Part shown: in pieces, positions 12,048-26,045 of the stretch
How positions within the stretch are numbered: position 1 is the stretch's first letter
Layout of the letters: each line of letters opens with the position of its first letter
Assembly: GCF_006345805.1 (NCBI RefSeq)
Contig: NC_043001.1
Coordinates: 114,266,001-114,330,000, forward strand
Source of the DNA: Octopus sinensis
Taxonomy: Eukaryota
Reading direction: 5' to 3'
DNA: 64,000 nt
Notes under the pieces: generated by a model
Seen by the model: only the letters and a program-made list of their open reading frames with translations
Databases searched by the model: none
Told to the model about the DNA's origin: nothing
Program-made: the position numbers and the translations under genes

Positions 12048-13119
12048 CCTTCAAAGTTTGTCTACATTTAGTTGAATACCCAGAGGTTGATTTTAATTTA
12101 ATGATGTTTCAATTGCCTATTCCGATTGATCTACAACTGCAATACAAGTGAAGGTTGTATTCACTTATTCCTATATATCGATTGACGAATTTCGTTCAAA
12201 CAGTTGAAACTGTGTGTAAGGCAATGACGAGACTCATCAAAGGCAAAATGCATCTTTCGTTCACCAGAATCACCCTAGCGTCGATATACATTCCGTTCCG
12301 ATACTTATATTGTTCATTTCAGACAATCCTACACCATCTTGCTTTCGAACCGTGTGTATACATTTCCAATGACACAAGGATGGTGATTTTAATTTTGTCG
12401 TTTACCGAGTTATATGTTTACACTGTATGTCGTAATCTTTATTAACAAATTTCTGTTAAAAAGTGTAATATTGGAAATTATTTCCCTTACTTCGACTCTA
12501 AATGAAGATATACAACCTAGAATAAATTGCTACGATCATTTGTGACTTATTTCCAGACGCTTCGGTGTCAGCACACTTAATATTCCGCTTACTCATTACA
12601 GCTATAACAGGCTGTTAGCTTTCAACGTTTTATTTAAAACATACAAGAAACATTCCGCAAATTACAATCGACTGTACTCGACACCCATTAGCCAATGTAA
12701 CCCGTGATAATACCAAAAAATTAAATTACAATCCACAGAAAGAACGCCGTAGATCCTACGTTTTCTGAATCAGGGCTGATACGGAGCTCAGCAGCAAAAA
12801 CGTCTGCTGAAATTACAGTATTCCGACTTGACTGAATTGAAATAGAACTAGAATCTCTGCAGACACCAAAGTCAAGAGTTTACTGTCTAGCATTCTGTCG
12901 CATATAAATACCAATCTTAATATGAATGATGACACATCTGAAGTGTTGACATTTATTAACATTTCTACGACAAATTTTTACTAATTGTTAGACTTGTTTC
13001 AGCAGGCCAGTTTCAGTAAGATTTGCAACATTATCTGTCGCCCTCTTGATATTTCTGTTAGTATATTTCAGATTTCTCACATGATTTTCCCGTTGTCTGC
13101 TAATAGTTAAGATATATGC

Positions 13120-13315
13120 AGGGAGGCAAGACGGTAGGATCATTACTGCTAAGTGACATTTCTAAGTTCTGAGTTCAAATTCTCCCGAGGTTGACTTTGC
13201 CTTTCACCCTTTCGGTGTCGATAAAATATACAGCAGTCGAGCATCGGATTCGATGTATACAACTTGCCTCCTAACCCGGGCTTGATTGTCTTGTCCCAAA
13301 ATTTGAAATCAATAT
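13120..13315 (+). mobile_element. SINE family A, diverged
   Basis: GTTCTGAGTTCAAATTCTCCCGAGGTTGACTTTGCCTTTCACCCTTTCGGTGTCGATAAAAT. Confidence 0.85.
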
Positions 13316-13669
13316 TTGAAATATCACACCGTATCCCAAATCTGTTTTACTGTTAAAAACACATCATCCGTATATCCATTGCATTTAAATATTTATATAT
13401 ATGTGTGTATGCGTGTGTGCGTGTGTATGTGTGTGTGTGTGTGTGTAACCGGAGGTCCAATAGAACAAAGCCACGTGATGTGGGTATTCAGGCGCCCATG
13501 GGTGTCGAATTTCGTCTGTCACTATCTATGCAGTATTCGGTATTCTTTGGATAGAAGGATTACCTTTTGGCATTAATAGTGCTTCCCTCGTTAGTAATTT
13601 ATGCATATACATATATACATACATACACATATGTATATATATATATTATATATATTATATATATATATA

Positions 13670-13722
<53 letters not shown>

Positions 13723-13728
13723 ATATAT

Positions 13729-13890
<162 letters not shown>

Positions 13891-13891
13891 A

Positions 13892-15055
13892 TCAGGTCAT
13901 CCCATAAGTTCTGTCTGAATTTTGAATAAAGAAAGAAGAAAGCAGTGATCAAATGGTATTGAAATTTTATCATAATTAATTTAATTAATTGAAACTTAAT
14001 CATGAATGTACTTTCCCTGATTATCTATGACTTCCTTCCATTTATTTACAAGCTTTTTGATTCCATCAATGTAAAACTCTTTTGGTTTCAAAGCGAAGAA
14101 CTCGGAAATGTCAGTTTCGACCTCCTCATGGTTTGCGAAAGTTATGTCCCCCAACTAATTCTGTAAACTACGAAACAAATGGTAGTCTAAAGGAGTAAGG
14201 TTGGGAGAATAAAGTGGATGAGGAATTTTTTCCTGACCAAGATTTTCGATCTTCTGTGATGTGATCTTTGCGGTGTGGGGTCGCACATTGTCCTGATGAA
14301 ATATCTCTCCTTTTAGATTCACCAAAGTGGGTCTTTTTTCTTCAGAGTTTGGTTCAAACACTCTAATTGCTGACAGTAAACTTGAGCATTGATTGTTGCA
14401 CTCGGTGGTAACAATGCAAAGTGAATTATCCCTTTGCAATCCCACCAGATAGAGAGAAAAAATCCTTTTCCCATGAATTTCCCTTCCTGGTTGTGGTTGA
14501 GTTTTTTCCCTTTTACCAAGCGACTGTTTACGCCGTTTAACATTTCAATAGAAGATCCAGTTTTCGTCACCAATCACAAGTCTATCCACAAAGGTTGAAA
14601 TGAATTCGCGAGAATGGAGAGAAGAGCAGATGTCAACTCGGGATTTGCGGTTGCTTTCGGACAATTCATGAGGCTCCAGTTTTTCCAACTTTAGGAACCT
14701 TTCCAAGTTGTTGAAGATGATGATGATGAAGCGTTGTATGATTTGAACTAAGCTTTATTGCCAATTCTTCAACTGATAATGCAGGATTTTCTTTAAGTAA
14801 TGCCTCATGGAGCTTATTATCAAATTCAGCTGGACATGCTGTTCGATCTTCCTCTTCAAGGCTGAAATCTCCACTTCTGAATTTTGTAAACCATCTTCTG
14901 CAAAATCTTTCATTCAAGCATACTTTCCCATAAACTGAGTGTATTTTTCAAGTCGCTTCGGCTGCAGGGTTTCATCTTTTGTACTCATAAAGTATTATGT
15001 GCCTCAAATGCTCTTTTGATACTTCCATGTTAGAAAAGGTTTTAATCAAAGAAAT
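13892..15055 (-). mobile_element. Mariner transposon; transposase pseudogene at 13996-15028; only the 3' TIR retained
   Basis: ATG at 15028 (MEVSKEHLRHI), RWFTKFRSGDFSL, WWDCKGIIHF, HQDNVRPH, HPLYSPNLTPLDYHLFRSLQN, ending GKYIHD*. TIR TCAGGTCATCCCATAAGTTCTGTC follows TA at 13890-13891. Several frameshifts. Confidence 0.95.
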
Positions 15056-15166
15056 ATATAGGGATATATTGGTTGAAAAAATGTTCAAAGCCTTGGAAGC
15101 AGATTTCTCTATTGAAGTAAAGTGCAAGGTGAAATAAATGTTGAAACTATACAGACTGTTAGTTCA

Positions 15167-15256
15167 CCTGGGATCGATTTCTTCGACTAAAACCCTTCAA
15201 GTCGGTGCTCAGTATGGCCGCAGTCAAATGACTGACACAAGTAAAAGTATAAAAGA
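15167..15256 (+). mobile_element. SINE family D, 3' tail only
   Basis: GGGATCGATTTCTTCGACTAAA...GGCCGCAGTCAAATGACTGACACAAGTAAAAG matches 51325-51400. Confidence 0.8.
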
Positions 15257-16289
15257 TTATATGTATGACCTTTTGTTTTATTGTTTGAGATGTCTTCATT
15301 TTCTTTGAATTATTGAAAAATATCATACTGTATCTCCTGGAGACAGGAGACAGATGAGATCTGTGACGTCTAAAATACCCCAACACAGGCCGTATATCAT
15401 GACGGTGCTCCAATGATTCCATCGCGCGTTGAAAGACCATGGCAAGTCACCTCAAGGCAAAACGACGCATTTTCAATATGACATGTAACTTTTATATTGT
15501 TCAGTTAGATCTTACCGCTGCATTGAATATGTAAGGTTTCCCTTTACTAGTTCATTAGTATTTTCTGGTGTGTATATGATTTGTATTTGCTTATATGGTT
15601 ATGCTATCTAATATTTATTGTGACTACATCCACTAAATGAGGGAAACTTTCTGTTGATAACAGCGAATCGATTCCAAATCACGTCAAACATTATTAAAAA
15701 GGGATCCTACTGGATAATGTATCCTCAGATACAGTGTTTTGAACAAACGAGAGGATTGTTTTGCTTCAACGTATTTCATCAGCGAATGTGCATGAAACTC
15801 TGGTATGAATTTAAACATGTACAACAAAACCAAGCCAATCTTTTAACAAAACATCTATATTCATCGGCGGTCCTATACTCATTGACATTTCAAGATATTA
15901 TGAAAATGAGTATCTTCGTATCATCTATCGAAGCCAGCCACCAAAACATCATTAAATTATGAATCTTTCATTATTTCAAAAGAAAAAATTATTTTAAATG
16001 ATTTTTGTTATTGTTTAACATTTGACCTGACATCCTGTCAACACCATATCTTATTTACACAGAAAAACATTAGCCAATGCAGTCCTATTTTAGATTTGGC
16101 GCACTGTGATTTCAAGGATACTTGGATGCTATTTCTAGCAAGTCAACCGACAATGTAAATGGTCCCTCAATGAAACAAAGTTGTTACGTAGTAGGATAAA
16201 TGACCTACTACAAATATACTGATAGTGAAAGCAAATAGAAATTTCGAAAGGCTTTTATTAATAATATTTTCCTCTGTGTTAGTTTTTAG

Positions 16290-16970
16290 AACTAGTAGCC
16301 CAATATGTAGAATAACTGTGTTTGTTAATATATATTGATATATTTTGTTTTGTTTATTTTGTATTATTGTATTAATGAGTATATATATATATGTGTAGTA
16401 TTATGAGTGTCTATGCACAGGTTTTTATATTTTATATTTTTATATTTATATGTATAAAAAAAATTTTTTTCACACTTATAATAAATTAAATTCTCTGAAG
16501 AGGCCGTGGGACATCCTTGTTAATGTCTCATTTATACCTGCCTTATATGGCTTATAGGTTAAATGAGGCATGCTTGCCCTTACGGCCGAACAGCTGTCAG
16601 ATATGATATAATTATATTATATATTATATTTTATATGTCTATTTCATTGTCTAATTATATTTACTATATATTTTGTATAATGCCTTTACTGTTATGTAAT
16701 GGTGTAATAAAGTATTGATTGGGTATCATCTGATGGTTGATATTTGATTGATTTAAGTATGTTTCTCCATTTTCTAATTTTGTAGTATTAATTTACGGTA
16801 ATATTTTTACCTTTGCCCACATAATACAGTAGATGAATTAATTGCATGGCAATTTTTAACATTTATGTATTAGTATTGTTGGGTACCTCTCTAGCAGTAT
16901 ATTGGATATATGTTATCCCATGGTGGGTTGAATTTTCAACCCCTATCTCATTTTATAACCGAAATATATC
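16290..16970 (+). mobile_element. Penelope pLTR-like AT-rich repeat carrying a hammerhead motif (boundaries uncertain)
   Basis: Hammerhead motif at 16490-16603 within long T/A-skewed flanks. Family assignment is inference. Confidence 0.45.
16490..16603 (+). ncRNA. Type-I hammerhead-like motif with long extended stem II
   Basis: TCT-CTGAAGA-GGCCGT...ACGGCC-GAA-CAGCTG-TC-AGA; one A is missing from GAAA; palindromic stem III (A)CAGCTGT. Confidence 0.6.
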
Positions 16971-16971
16971 A

Positions 16972-17057
<86 letters not shown>

Positions 17058-17766
17058 ATATGTGTATATTGCAATATGATTCAGTGTGATATTAGAGAAC
17101 TATTAACGAATACAAAGAGTGTTACCATAGATTTGTAGAGACTGTGTTTGTAACAATCGCTCTGATTAGCACCAGCCGTTGTCTTGTCACCTTGCTTGCT
17201 GTTAGCAAAGGTAAGATTTTCTCAACAAGTGTTCAGCACAGGTCTGCGATCTTGCGAGAATTTCCTCCAATCAATCTTAAGAAACCTTGGAAAAGGTCAT
17301 GGGCATTGTCATTCCGCTTTTGACAATGCCATACATTTTTAAACACCCAATACGATTTCACTCAAATACTTTTGGAGATTCAATTGAAAACAAGGCATGT
17401 AATTATATATGGAATGCATCGAGAGAAGCCTGCTGATAGATTGCTAATTATCAAATATTCATACATTATATAGCGTACAGAATCTCACATCAATCGCATC
17501 CCCATTAAATTTACACATTTCATTTATCAATAGAAAATGGAAAATAAGAGCAGTTGCTAAGCTACGAAGAAAATGTGCTGCAGAATTATGAATCCTTCCA
17601 CTTAATATGGTTTCGATTTTGACTTAGACTTTTGTTTTATATATATGTATATATGTATGCATGGTATATATATATATATATTTATATATATGTGTGTATA
17701 TATATATAATATATATATATACACACACTACACATGTGTATACATATATATATATGTATACACATG

Positions 17767-17814
<48 letters not shown>

Positions 17815-17831
17815 CACATGTGTATACATTA

Positions 17832-17869
<38 letters not shown>

Positions 17870-18059
17870 GTATCATATGTATGTATATATATATATGATA
17901 TATACACACACATATATATGCTTATATATATATAAATACATGTATTTATAGTAATTCTCCGGTCTGGATAAATGGCCCTCAACTGTTGTCTTTATAGGCA
18001 ATCCTAAATTTGACAGACGTGTCATTAATGATCATGAATGTCAATATCTGATGAAACGG

Positions 18060-18330
18060 CATGTGCAGAGAACGAATTCTTAGAAAGAACTTGAAATATG
18101 TAGAAGTAGGAGTAGTGGTTAGTGCAAGAACGGTGGATTGGCCACTATGAGGTGCTTGAGTGTGGGTGACACGTTTGGGAAGGAAGAGTTTGAGTGGTTG
18201 TAGAATGAACCCAGAAGGTCTGAGGAGGCCTTCATGTTATTTTTAGATATAGGTAGAAAGAGGAGACAATTTCATAACACAATGGTTTATTCCTGGATAT
18301 CTCTATTCTTATTACAGCTCTGTCGTTGAC
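18060..18330 (-). mobile_element. Very old CR1/L2-like LINE 3' ORF2 fragment
   Basis: Weak similarity of minus-strand frames to the L2/CR1 C-terminal region; heavily decayed. Confidence 0.4.
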
Positions 18331-19180
18331 TAACGTTTCATTCAGAAGCAAAGGTATATTGGGTTCTGCACCTGGCTATCAGGCTTCTTTTAGTTTCCAC
18401 TCATAACGTTTATATCAGTCAGAGCGCCGGTAGAAGACATTTGATCGATGTGACTGTACCTGGAACTGGGTAAATGGGTAGCAATCTTCGTTCTTCTCAC
18501 CCGTGTCAATGCCTATATATACATGCATACCTATCTACCTAACTACATATCTACCTATCTACCTACCTACCTACCTACCTACCTACATACATACATACGT
18601 GCCTACCTATCTGCTTGCCTACCTACCTGGTTACCTAAATATCTTACATACATACATACATGCATACATACATGCATGCATAAATACATACATACATACA
18701 TACATATATACATACAGGCATACATACATATATGCATATGAAGAATGGAATGATGAAGTCAAGAACGCCTTCTAACGTCTGCTTGAAATGGTAAATACAA
18801 AGACTAATAGATAAATAGTTATGATCTTGAATTAAAACGAATGAACATGAATACAGTCGTACCTTCTACACAGAAAAGTCTACGTACGTTTGCCTCTATG
18901 CACACTATCATATATTCTTATATATTTTCTTTCCTTTCCTGAGCGTCCAATAACGCTATACTTGTTCCACGTCCTCGCGTTGTTGTGTTCTCCCTTTGTG
19001 TTTTCCTGTTTGGATTAACTATATATATATGTATATATATATATATATAGAGAGAGAAGAGAGAGAGGGAGAGGGAGAAAAGAGATGCATGCACATATAT
19101 ATGTATGTCTGTATATGTAATATAACGTTATATGTATATATATATGTATATATATATATTTAAACATATATATATCAATG

Positions 19181-19270
<90 letters not shown>

Positions 19271-19391
19271 GGTAAGCTGGGAAATGATGTGCAAAAGGTT
19301 TGGGAGATTACGATAAGAAAGAAAGAAAGAAAGATAGATACATAGATAGGCAGACAATCAGACAGACAGACAGATAGACAGACAGACAGAC

Positions 19392-19494
<103 letters not shown>

Positions 19495-20544
19495 CAAATA
19501 GATAGAGAGATAAACAATTATTGCATGTACAGAAAGTATACTGTTAGAAAGACTGAGCTTGAATTATATACACATAAAGCAAAGAAGGAACGTAAGAAAA
19601 CAAATTGAAAAAGAAGAGGAAGTAGTAGGAAAGTGATGTGAAAAGGAAGTTATTTGAATCACATGAGAAACACCAATAGATAAATGTGATTAAGAATAGT
19701 AGTATTTAGAATCAGTTCCCTATTGAGATGTAATAGTATATTGCCAAAGGACAACAGGTGCGACCGCACACTGATTTCATATATAACTGTGTAAAAACCT
19801 TGGATCACGAAAGGTAGAAGTTGATCTGGAAATATTGTTAGCTTGAGTATGATGGAAGAAAAAAGAGTGAAGAAAGAGGAGCTAAAGATATATACGAGAA
19901 TAAAGATGGTAAAAATAGAAGAACTAAAAGTGTAAAACAAAAAGGAATGAAAAAAAAGAGAAGACTAGGACAGATATTATATTAATTTGTACGTAGATAT
20001 ATATAAAAATTATATTTTCTTGTGTGTACTTATATCTACGTCATAAAAAAGTAAAACAGGTTCGTGTACAATTAAGCAGAATGAAAAGCGTTGAGCAGCG
20101 TATATAACAATACATGTTGAACTACGAACCATCAAAGTAAAAACGAATACAGAAATAGAAAGCGCTATATGAGTGAGTGGTACGTGGGAGGCGAATAGAT
20201 TTTATATGAAGACCAGTTACAGTTAGTTGTAAGAGATATGTCGCTAAAGAGTCACGCATAAATTTATAATGAGTTGCACTTTGTGTATGTATTGAGATGG
20301 ATTTAGTAATGGCAAGCGGGAGTAAGAGTTCGTTTCTCAACCATAAAACCACGTCTCTACTGACGGCTACGTTTAGACATATTTGTTTTACTATATCTTC
20401 GGGTCGACAAGACTTGCGAATGAAACCAGGTGCTTGTTGGTTGGATTTATCTTTGGCGCCTTATTTCAAATGTTCAAACTTATGGTTTTTGCGTCATGGT
20501 GATTCGAATTAAATCCTTAAAATCCTTTAAAATGTTTTAACCCG

Positions 20545-20745
20545 GATGAGCTACACTAATATGTGAATCCACCTCTGATACGTGGCACTTGATCAACAAG
20601 GGAGTTCGACGCTGCTCCCCGCATCTGCGTCTCCTGTCGTGAGGTAGGTTCATCTGGGACTCCCGACAAGAAGAGATCCAGTTTAGTTTTAAAGAAACCC
20701 ACATCCACACCATTGACAAATAATTTAAAAGACCTCGTCCCCCTA
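20545..20745 (-). mobile_element. CR1/L2-clade LINE 3' end fragment
   Basis: GTRSFKLF...FFKTKLDLFLSGVPDEPTSRQETQMRGAASNSLVDQ; same family as 52950-53138. Confidence 0.8.
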
Positions 20746-21259
20746 CGATATTCATCCAATTATAATATGCTAACTTCGATGAATAAATAATTAGAGAGGT
20801 AAATGAGTTAGGTTATTTCCCAGAAGATGGAAACGTTAGCAGGCGGTAAGATCCTCCACGAGCTCGTAACAATTTCCAGGAGAATGTTTATGATTACATT
20901 CGGGAATTAACGAAACGAATCATATAAAAAATTGACAGGCTGACATGCAAACTTTCGAAATACAGAAAATGCACATTTACTTACACATGCACAAGTACAA
21001 AAATACATACGCCCATATATCGTAAAAACAGTTAACATTTTAATAATATGCAATTATAACATAAGACAGAAGGAGTTACAGAAGTCGCGCAAGGGAGATG
21101 AACCAAGTATCTGTTGCAGACTGGATGACTATGGGTAAACACATACATGCACACTCACGCTGATACATGTACACACGCTCAGAGATACATATACATACAC
21201 ATAACATATACATACATACATACATGTATATATGTATAATATTATATATATATATTATT

Positions 21260-21291
<32 letters not shown>

Positions 21292-21336
21292 GTGTGTGTG
21301 TATATATATATATTATATATATATATATGTATGTTA

Positions 21337-21439
<103 letters not shown>

Positions 21440-21451
21440 ATATATGTGTAT

Positions 21452-21497
<46 letters not shown>

Positions 21498-21557
21498 ATA
21501 ATATTCATATATTCTCAGAGAAAAAGAGTCATTGAGTGTTACATACTCATGTATGAT

Positions 21558-21597
<40 letters not shown>

Positions 21598-22173
21598 ACT
21601 ATTTCACATAATGTGAATGTGTGCGAGAAAAGGGAAGAGAGGAAGATAGATAAAGAAATATAATCAAGAAGGGGAGATTGAAACCTTTTATAAATTTGAT
21701 GAGAAGTGGAAGAAAAAAAAATACAAATAAATGAATAAATACAATTTTTTTCAAAAATACATTTCTTGTAATTTCTGAAGAAAATAGAATGAAGAACTCG
21801 TTTCAAATTATCTTTGATTGCTTCGGGCAAAAACGACGGCAACCTATCAGGAGATTCTGGTGAGAGCACCTGTTAAACAATGAAGGAATTCGCCATTTTG
21901 AATCAGTTTTAAATTATTCTAACAATGAGATGAACACAATGTGGTAATAGCATTTACAGAAATACCCAGATCTTAACAAATGATAAGTACGCACTGTCAG
22001 AAACAGAGAAATAGCGTTTGCATACAGACAGATACGAGCACAGGCGAGCAAGCACAGGTACGCTGTAAAAGTACGTATATAAACACTCACTTACACGCAC
22101 ATATACCTGTGATTTAACATGCTCGTAGATACACTACACGATGTGTACATATATATGTGTGTGTGTATATATA

Positions 22174-22219
<46 letters not shown>

Positions 22220-23019
22220 GCATATATATATTTGTATATTTATGTATTATATGCATGTGTAGGATGTACCCTTCTGTATATATATATACGTGTCTGTGAA
22301 GTCCCGCTGCATTGTGATGAGAGTGATTGACTTAAGATCATAGTGCCATGAATTCAATTCCCGATCGAGCAGCGCAATGTCGCCTTGGGTAAGATTCGTC
22401 ATTTTGTAGCTGCTCCAGCTTACTCACCTCGACACCGTCAAGTGGAGAAGGCAAGCAGTTTCCATCAGAACAACAAAAAATCTTCAAATAATTTTTGACA
22501 ACTTAGTACAAGGTAACATGTAAATCTGGGAGGGGAATATTTTGAATTAAATCGTAATTAACTGATCCTCATGTATTTTCTTTTACCCAAAGCGAGGAAC
22601 TTTTCAGTACCCCTCCTATATATGGTGGCCATCGTGAGATTTTAGACAATTCCTTTTTTAACACGAGGAAAATCAGCGGACGAAACTTTATATGAAAGCA
22701 TTATAAACTGTCCCGGAGACAAAGCTTCCCAGGAATATTGTATCCTCTAAATGAAAATCGTAGATGGATGTGTTCATCTTCATTACGATGAATCAATCAC
22801 TACAAACGGGTTTTTGTATGTTTGTGAAGAGCTTGCTTGAACCACTTGCCAAAATATATTGCCTCAATATTGCTCATCACTGTATGGAGACGTATGGCTT
22901 AGTCGTTATGTTGTGGAATTAATAATCGAAAGATTGTGATTTTAGTTCCTGTGAAAGCGGCACAATGCTCCTTACAGAGTAATGCAGACTAAAACTGCAA
23001 GGGTACATGGAATTCCAAA

Positions 23020-23200
23020 GATTCTTTGGCAATCTTGTAATGAACATGGATTAACGGATAGTCAAAGTATAGCTCATCACTTCAAGAACACATACTATTT
23101 ACACCAGACAGCAATTACGGTACCCAGAAATGAAGCTGTTCAGTTCGTTGACTGGAAGCTTCTGCAAGATATGCCAACAGAAGCAACACATGAACTTGCG
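23020..23200 (+). mobile_element. Possible Helitron Pif1-helicase fragment
   Basis: TAITVPRNEAVQFVDWKLLQDMPTEA resembles the Helitron motif RAILxPxNxxVxxINxxLLxxLPGE. Confidence 0.45.
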
Positions 23201-23431
23201 CAAGAAGTTAATATTCAACTAAATTTATTAAGTGTCTAACCCCAACTCCTCCTGTACTAACAAGTTTGAGAGATAACGAAACAAAGACTACCAAACATGC
23301 TGCAGTGAAATCTAGATTTCTCAAAGTTATGTAATGGAATAAGAATTATTGCGAATAAAACGTTTCATCACCAGTAGCTGTTTATGTACAAATGTATATG
23401 TGTGTAAATATATACAATTTGTATGTAGTGC

Positions 23432-23465
<34 letters not shown>

Positions 23466-23472
<7 letters not shown>

Positions 23473-24160
23473 GGATAATATCGATATTTAAATATCGATA
23501 TAATCAAGTGACCAGCATGGGAAAAATACCATACAAAGGTAATAATTTTTTACAACTAAAAATAAGGGTGTCTGATAGACACCACCATGCCGTAATAGCA
23601 GTCAAATCCCTGACTCTAAAAACCACCTTAAATGTTCATATCGCACCATGGGATAAGACAGAGGGACAAAATACACTAGCAAAAAGATATTACTGAATAA
23701 TACAAGATTCTGGATTTCTAGCTTTGCTTCAAATAAGCTCTGCCTTCATCAGTTGAATATATCAGATAGGCACATAAATACAAATATATATATATATTCA
23801 GAACATACGTTATACTTACATATACGAACGTCCATACATACATATATATGCACGTATGTACAAGGCCAGTTCAAATTGCCCGCCAAACACCCTATAAGCA
23901 CGATATGGTCAAAATAAACACCGCAGTGAATATAGTGGCGAATTATATAACTTTATAAATAAGGATAATATCGATATTTAAATATCGATATTATCAAGTG
24001 GCCAGCATGGGAAACAATACCATTCAAAGGTAATAATTTTTTTCAACTAAAAATAAGGGTATCTGATAGACACCACCATAAGGTGGTTTTTAGAGTCAGG
24101 GATTTGACTGCTATTTCGGTATGGTGGTGTCCATCAGACACCCTTATTTTTAGTTGTATA
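23466..24160. mobile_element. Partial tandem plus inverted repeat unit (Penelope-like arrangement) between (TA)n tracts
   Basis: 23466-23590 is repeated at 23956-24080 (period 490). 24079-24158 is the reverse complement of 23552-23630. Perfect 32-bp palindrome at 23964-23995. Confidence 0.7.
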
Positions 24161-24299
24161 TATATATATATATATATATATAGTTCAACAAGCAGTTGGG
24201 GACAATGGCTATGCAATCTTTAGCTGAACCACCTGCACAGATGAATTGTTTATAATGATAACATGTTTCTGCTGTATATTATCTCACCCACTTTCTCAA

Positions 24300-24776
24300 A
24301 GAGCACATCTCAGCGCACGGGTCGGGATTGCAAAGCGCGATCTTGCCGTCGTAACTGCAACTCTCCTAAACACTAAATCTTGCATATACTTGATGTTCGG
24401 AAGACTTGGTCTAGCAGCGAAGGAAACAACAGTTGTAAGAAAATAGTTGGAAACCACCGAGAAAGCAAGTCATTACATCTGGCGCAAGAGAGAGAGAGAG
24501 CGAGAGAGAGAGAAATGGTGGAGAGATTGTGTGTGTGCGCGGTGCAAGCAAGGAGGAGCATTGAGGAAAGCTGTTGTGTATTTTCCATATAAATGAGTAA
24601 ATAAAACCTTACTCTTCCAGCTGTTTCTATTTTGGGGATCCAGCATGCCAAAGTTGACACATTATCCCAATATCATACAGAGATTGTACAAAGATCGAAA
24701 AAAAGTTGGACAGAAGTTGGCCATTAATTGAACCCCAAAGCTTCCCCAGAGAGTCCAAAATGGTAGAAAAGTAAGT
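24300..24776 (+). promoter_or_regulatory. Candidate promoter/5' exon ending in ATG-GTA-GAA-AA|GTAAGT
   Basis: Unique-looking, locally CpG-rich sequence with a (GA)n tract; acceptor TTACTCTTCCAG ending at 24620; CAAAATGG start context at 24760; perfect donor GTAAGT at 24771-24776. Confidence 0.3.
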
Positions 24777-25726
24777 TCCAAGATAACGTCTACAGGATAT
24801 GAGATGACATTTCATTTCAATTTCAAATTTAATTATTGTGATATTTCTGCTGCTTTTTAATAAAGCATATTACTCTACCTCTTGTATTTGAGTACTCTTT
24901 TTTCCACCTTGTCTTGCATTCATGTACTTACTCCAGCATATGTCTATATATAAACATGTATGTATGCATGTGTTATGTATGGATGGATGCGTATATACAG
25001 ACAGCGGAAGAGAGAAAGAAAATCCACTTACCCTGTATATGTTTTGTGTATACGTATGTGGATGGGGGTTGTGTGTGTGTGTTTACGTATGTGTGTGTAT
25101 GTGTGTATGTTGTATATGTGTTGTGTGTGTGTGTTCAGACTGCACAAAAGAGAGAGAAAAATCCATGTAAGATAAAAGTAGTGAATATAGTTAAAGCAAG
25201 ATTTAATATGTAGCAATATAATGAATTGAAAAGAGAGCTTCTGCATTAATGATAGTTAAAGCAGGTGTGCATAATATAGTATTAGTTCTATCCATGCCCG
25301 GAAGCAAACGCTTCCTTATTCTTTGTATCACGAATTTTAAACAGCAAGGAAGTATAAAATTCCTAAAAGTTTAATTACTTAGTTGGAAACATTTCACACG
25401 CAACATACAAAACTACACGCTTTATATAACCTTTTGCTAATACTATTATTTTAAACTGATTTGCTTCAACTTTTCGATTTAATGTTTCTTAAGGAGTTTC
25501 AAATTATATATTCCTATTACTTGTGTTTCACTATGGCCATTGGGTAAGTATTATTGAGATAAACTGTCCACTAAAAAATACTATACACTTATTTATAGAA
25601 TAGGTCATGTCTGTTTAAGTAACTAGTTTACGTAGCCTTCTCCAGTTACCTCGGTTTCAATAAATCACTGTGACGAGTATTTGAAAGACGGCTGTATCCA
25701 AATGTACATGTATACAGTAACATAGT

Positions 25727-26045
25727 GAAGGCGCGTGACTAAGGCGTTAGAGCGAATGGGTCACAAACATGAGATAGTAAGTTCGATTCACGGACCATGA
25801 CGTGTGTCGTGTTCTTGAGCAAGACACTTTATTTCACGTTGCTCCAGTTATCTCAGCTGTAGAAATGAGTTGCGACGTCACCGATGCCAAGCTCTATTGG
25901 CCTTTGCTTTTCCCTTGGATAACATCGGTGGTGTGGAAGGGGAGGCTGGTATGCATGGGTGATTGCTGGTCTTCTATAAACAACATTGCCCGAACTTGTA
26001 CTTTCTAGGTACAATCCCATGGTCATTTAGGACCGAAGGCCTGCC
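25727..26045 (+). mobile_element. tRNA-derived CORE-like SINE family C
   Basis: GTGTTCTTGAGCAAGACACTTTATTTCACGTTGCTCCAG...CAGCTGTAGAAATGAG is CORE-like; homologous to 57463-57770. Confidence 0.85.

Noticed and set aside
12700-13100. Possible pseudogene in unique-looking sequence
   Set aside because: Stops occur in all frames examined and no family is recognisable.
15654-15962. 102-aa ORF (also 55706-55942, 12155-12445, 9182-9499)
   Set aside because: No motifs and no convincing start or splice context.
18900-19020. Possible further (TA)n-associated interspersed repeat
   Set aside because: Single copy in the window with no diagnostic motif; cannot be supported without a search.
20824-20845. 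22-nt plus-strand microexon (TTTCCCAG|...|GTAAGA) containing ATG
   Set aside because: Too short to distinguish from chance without RNA data.
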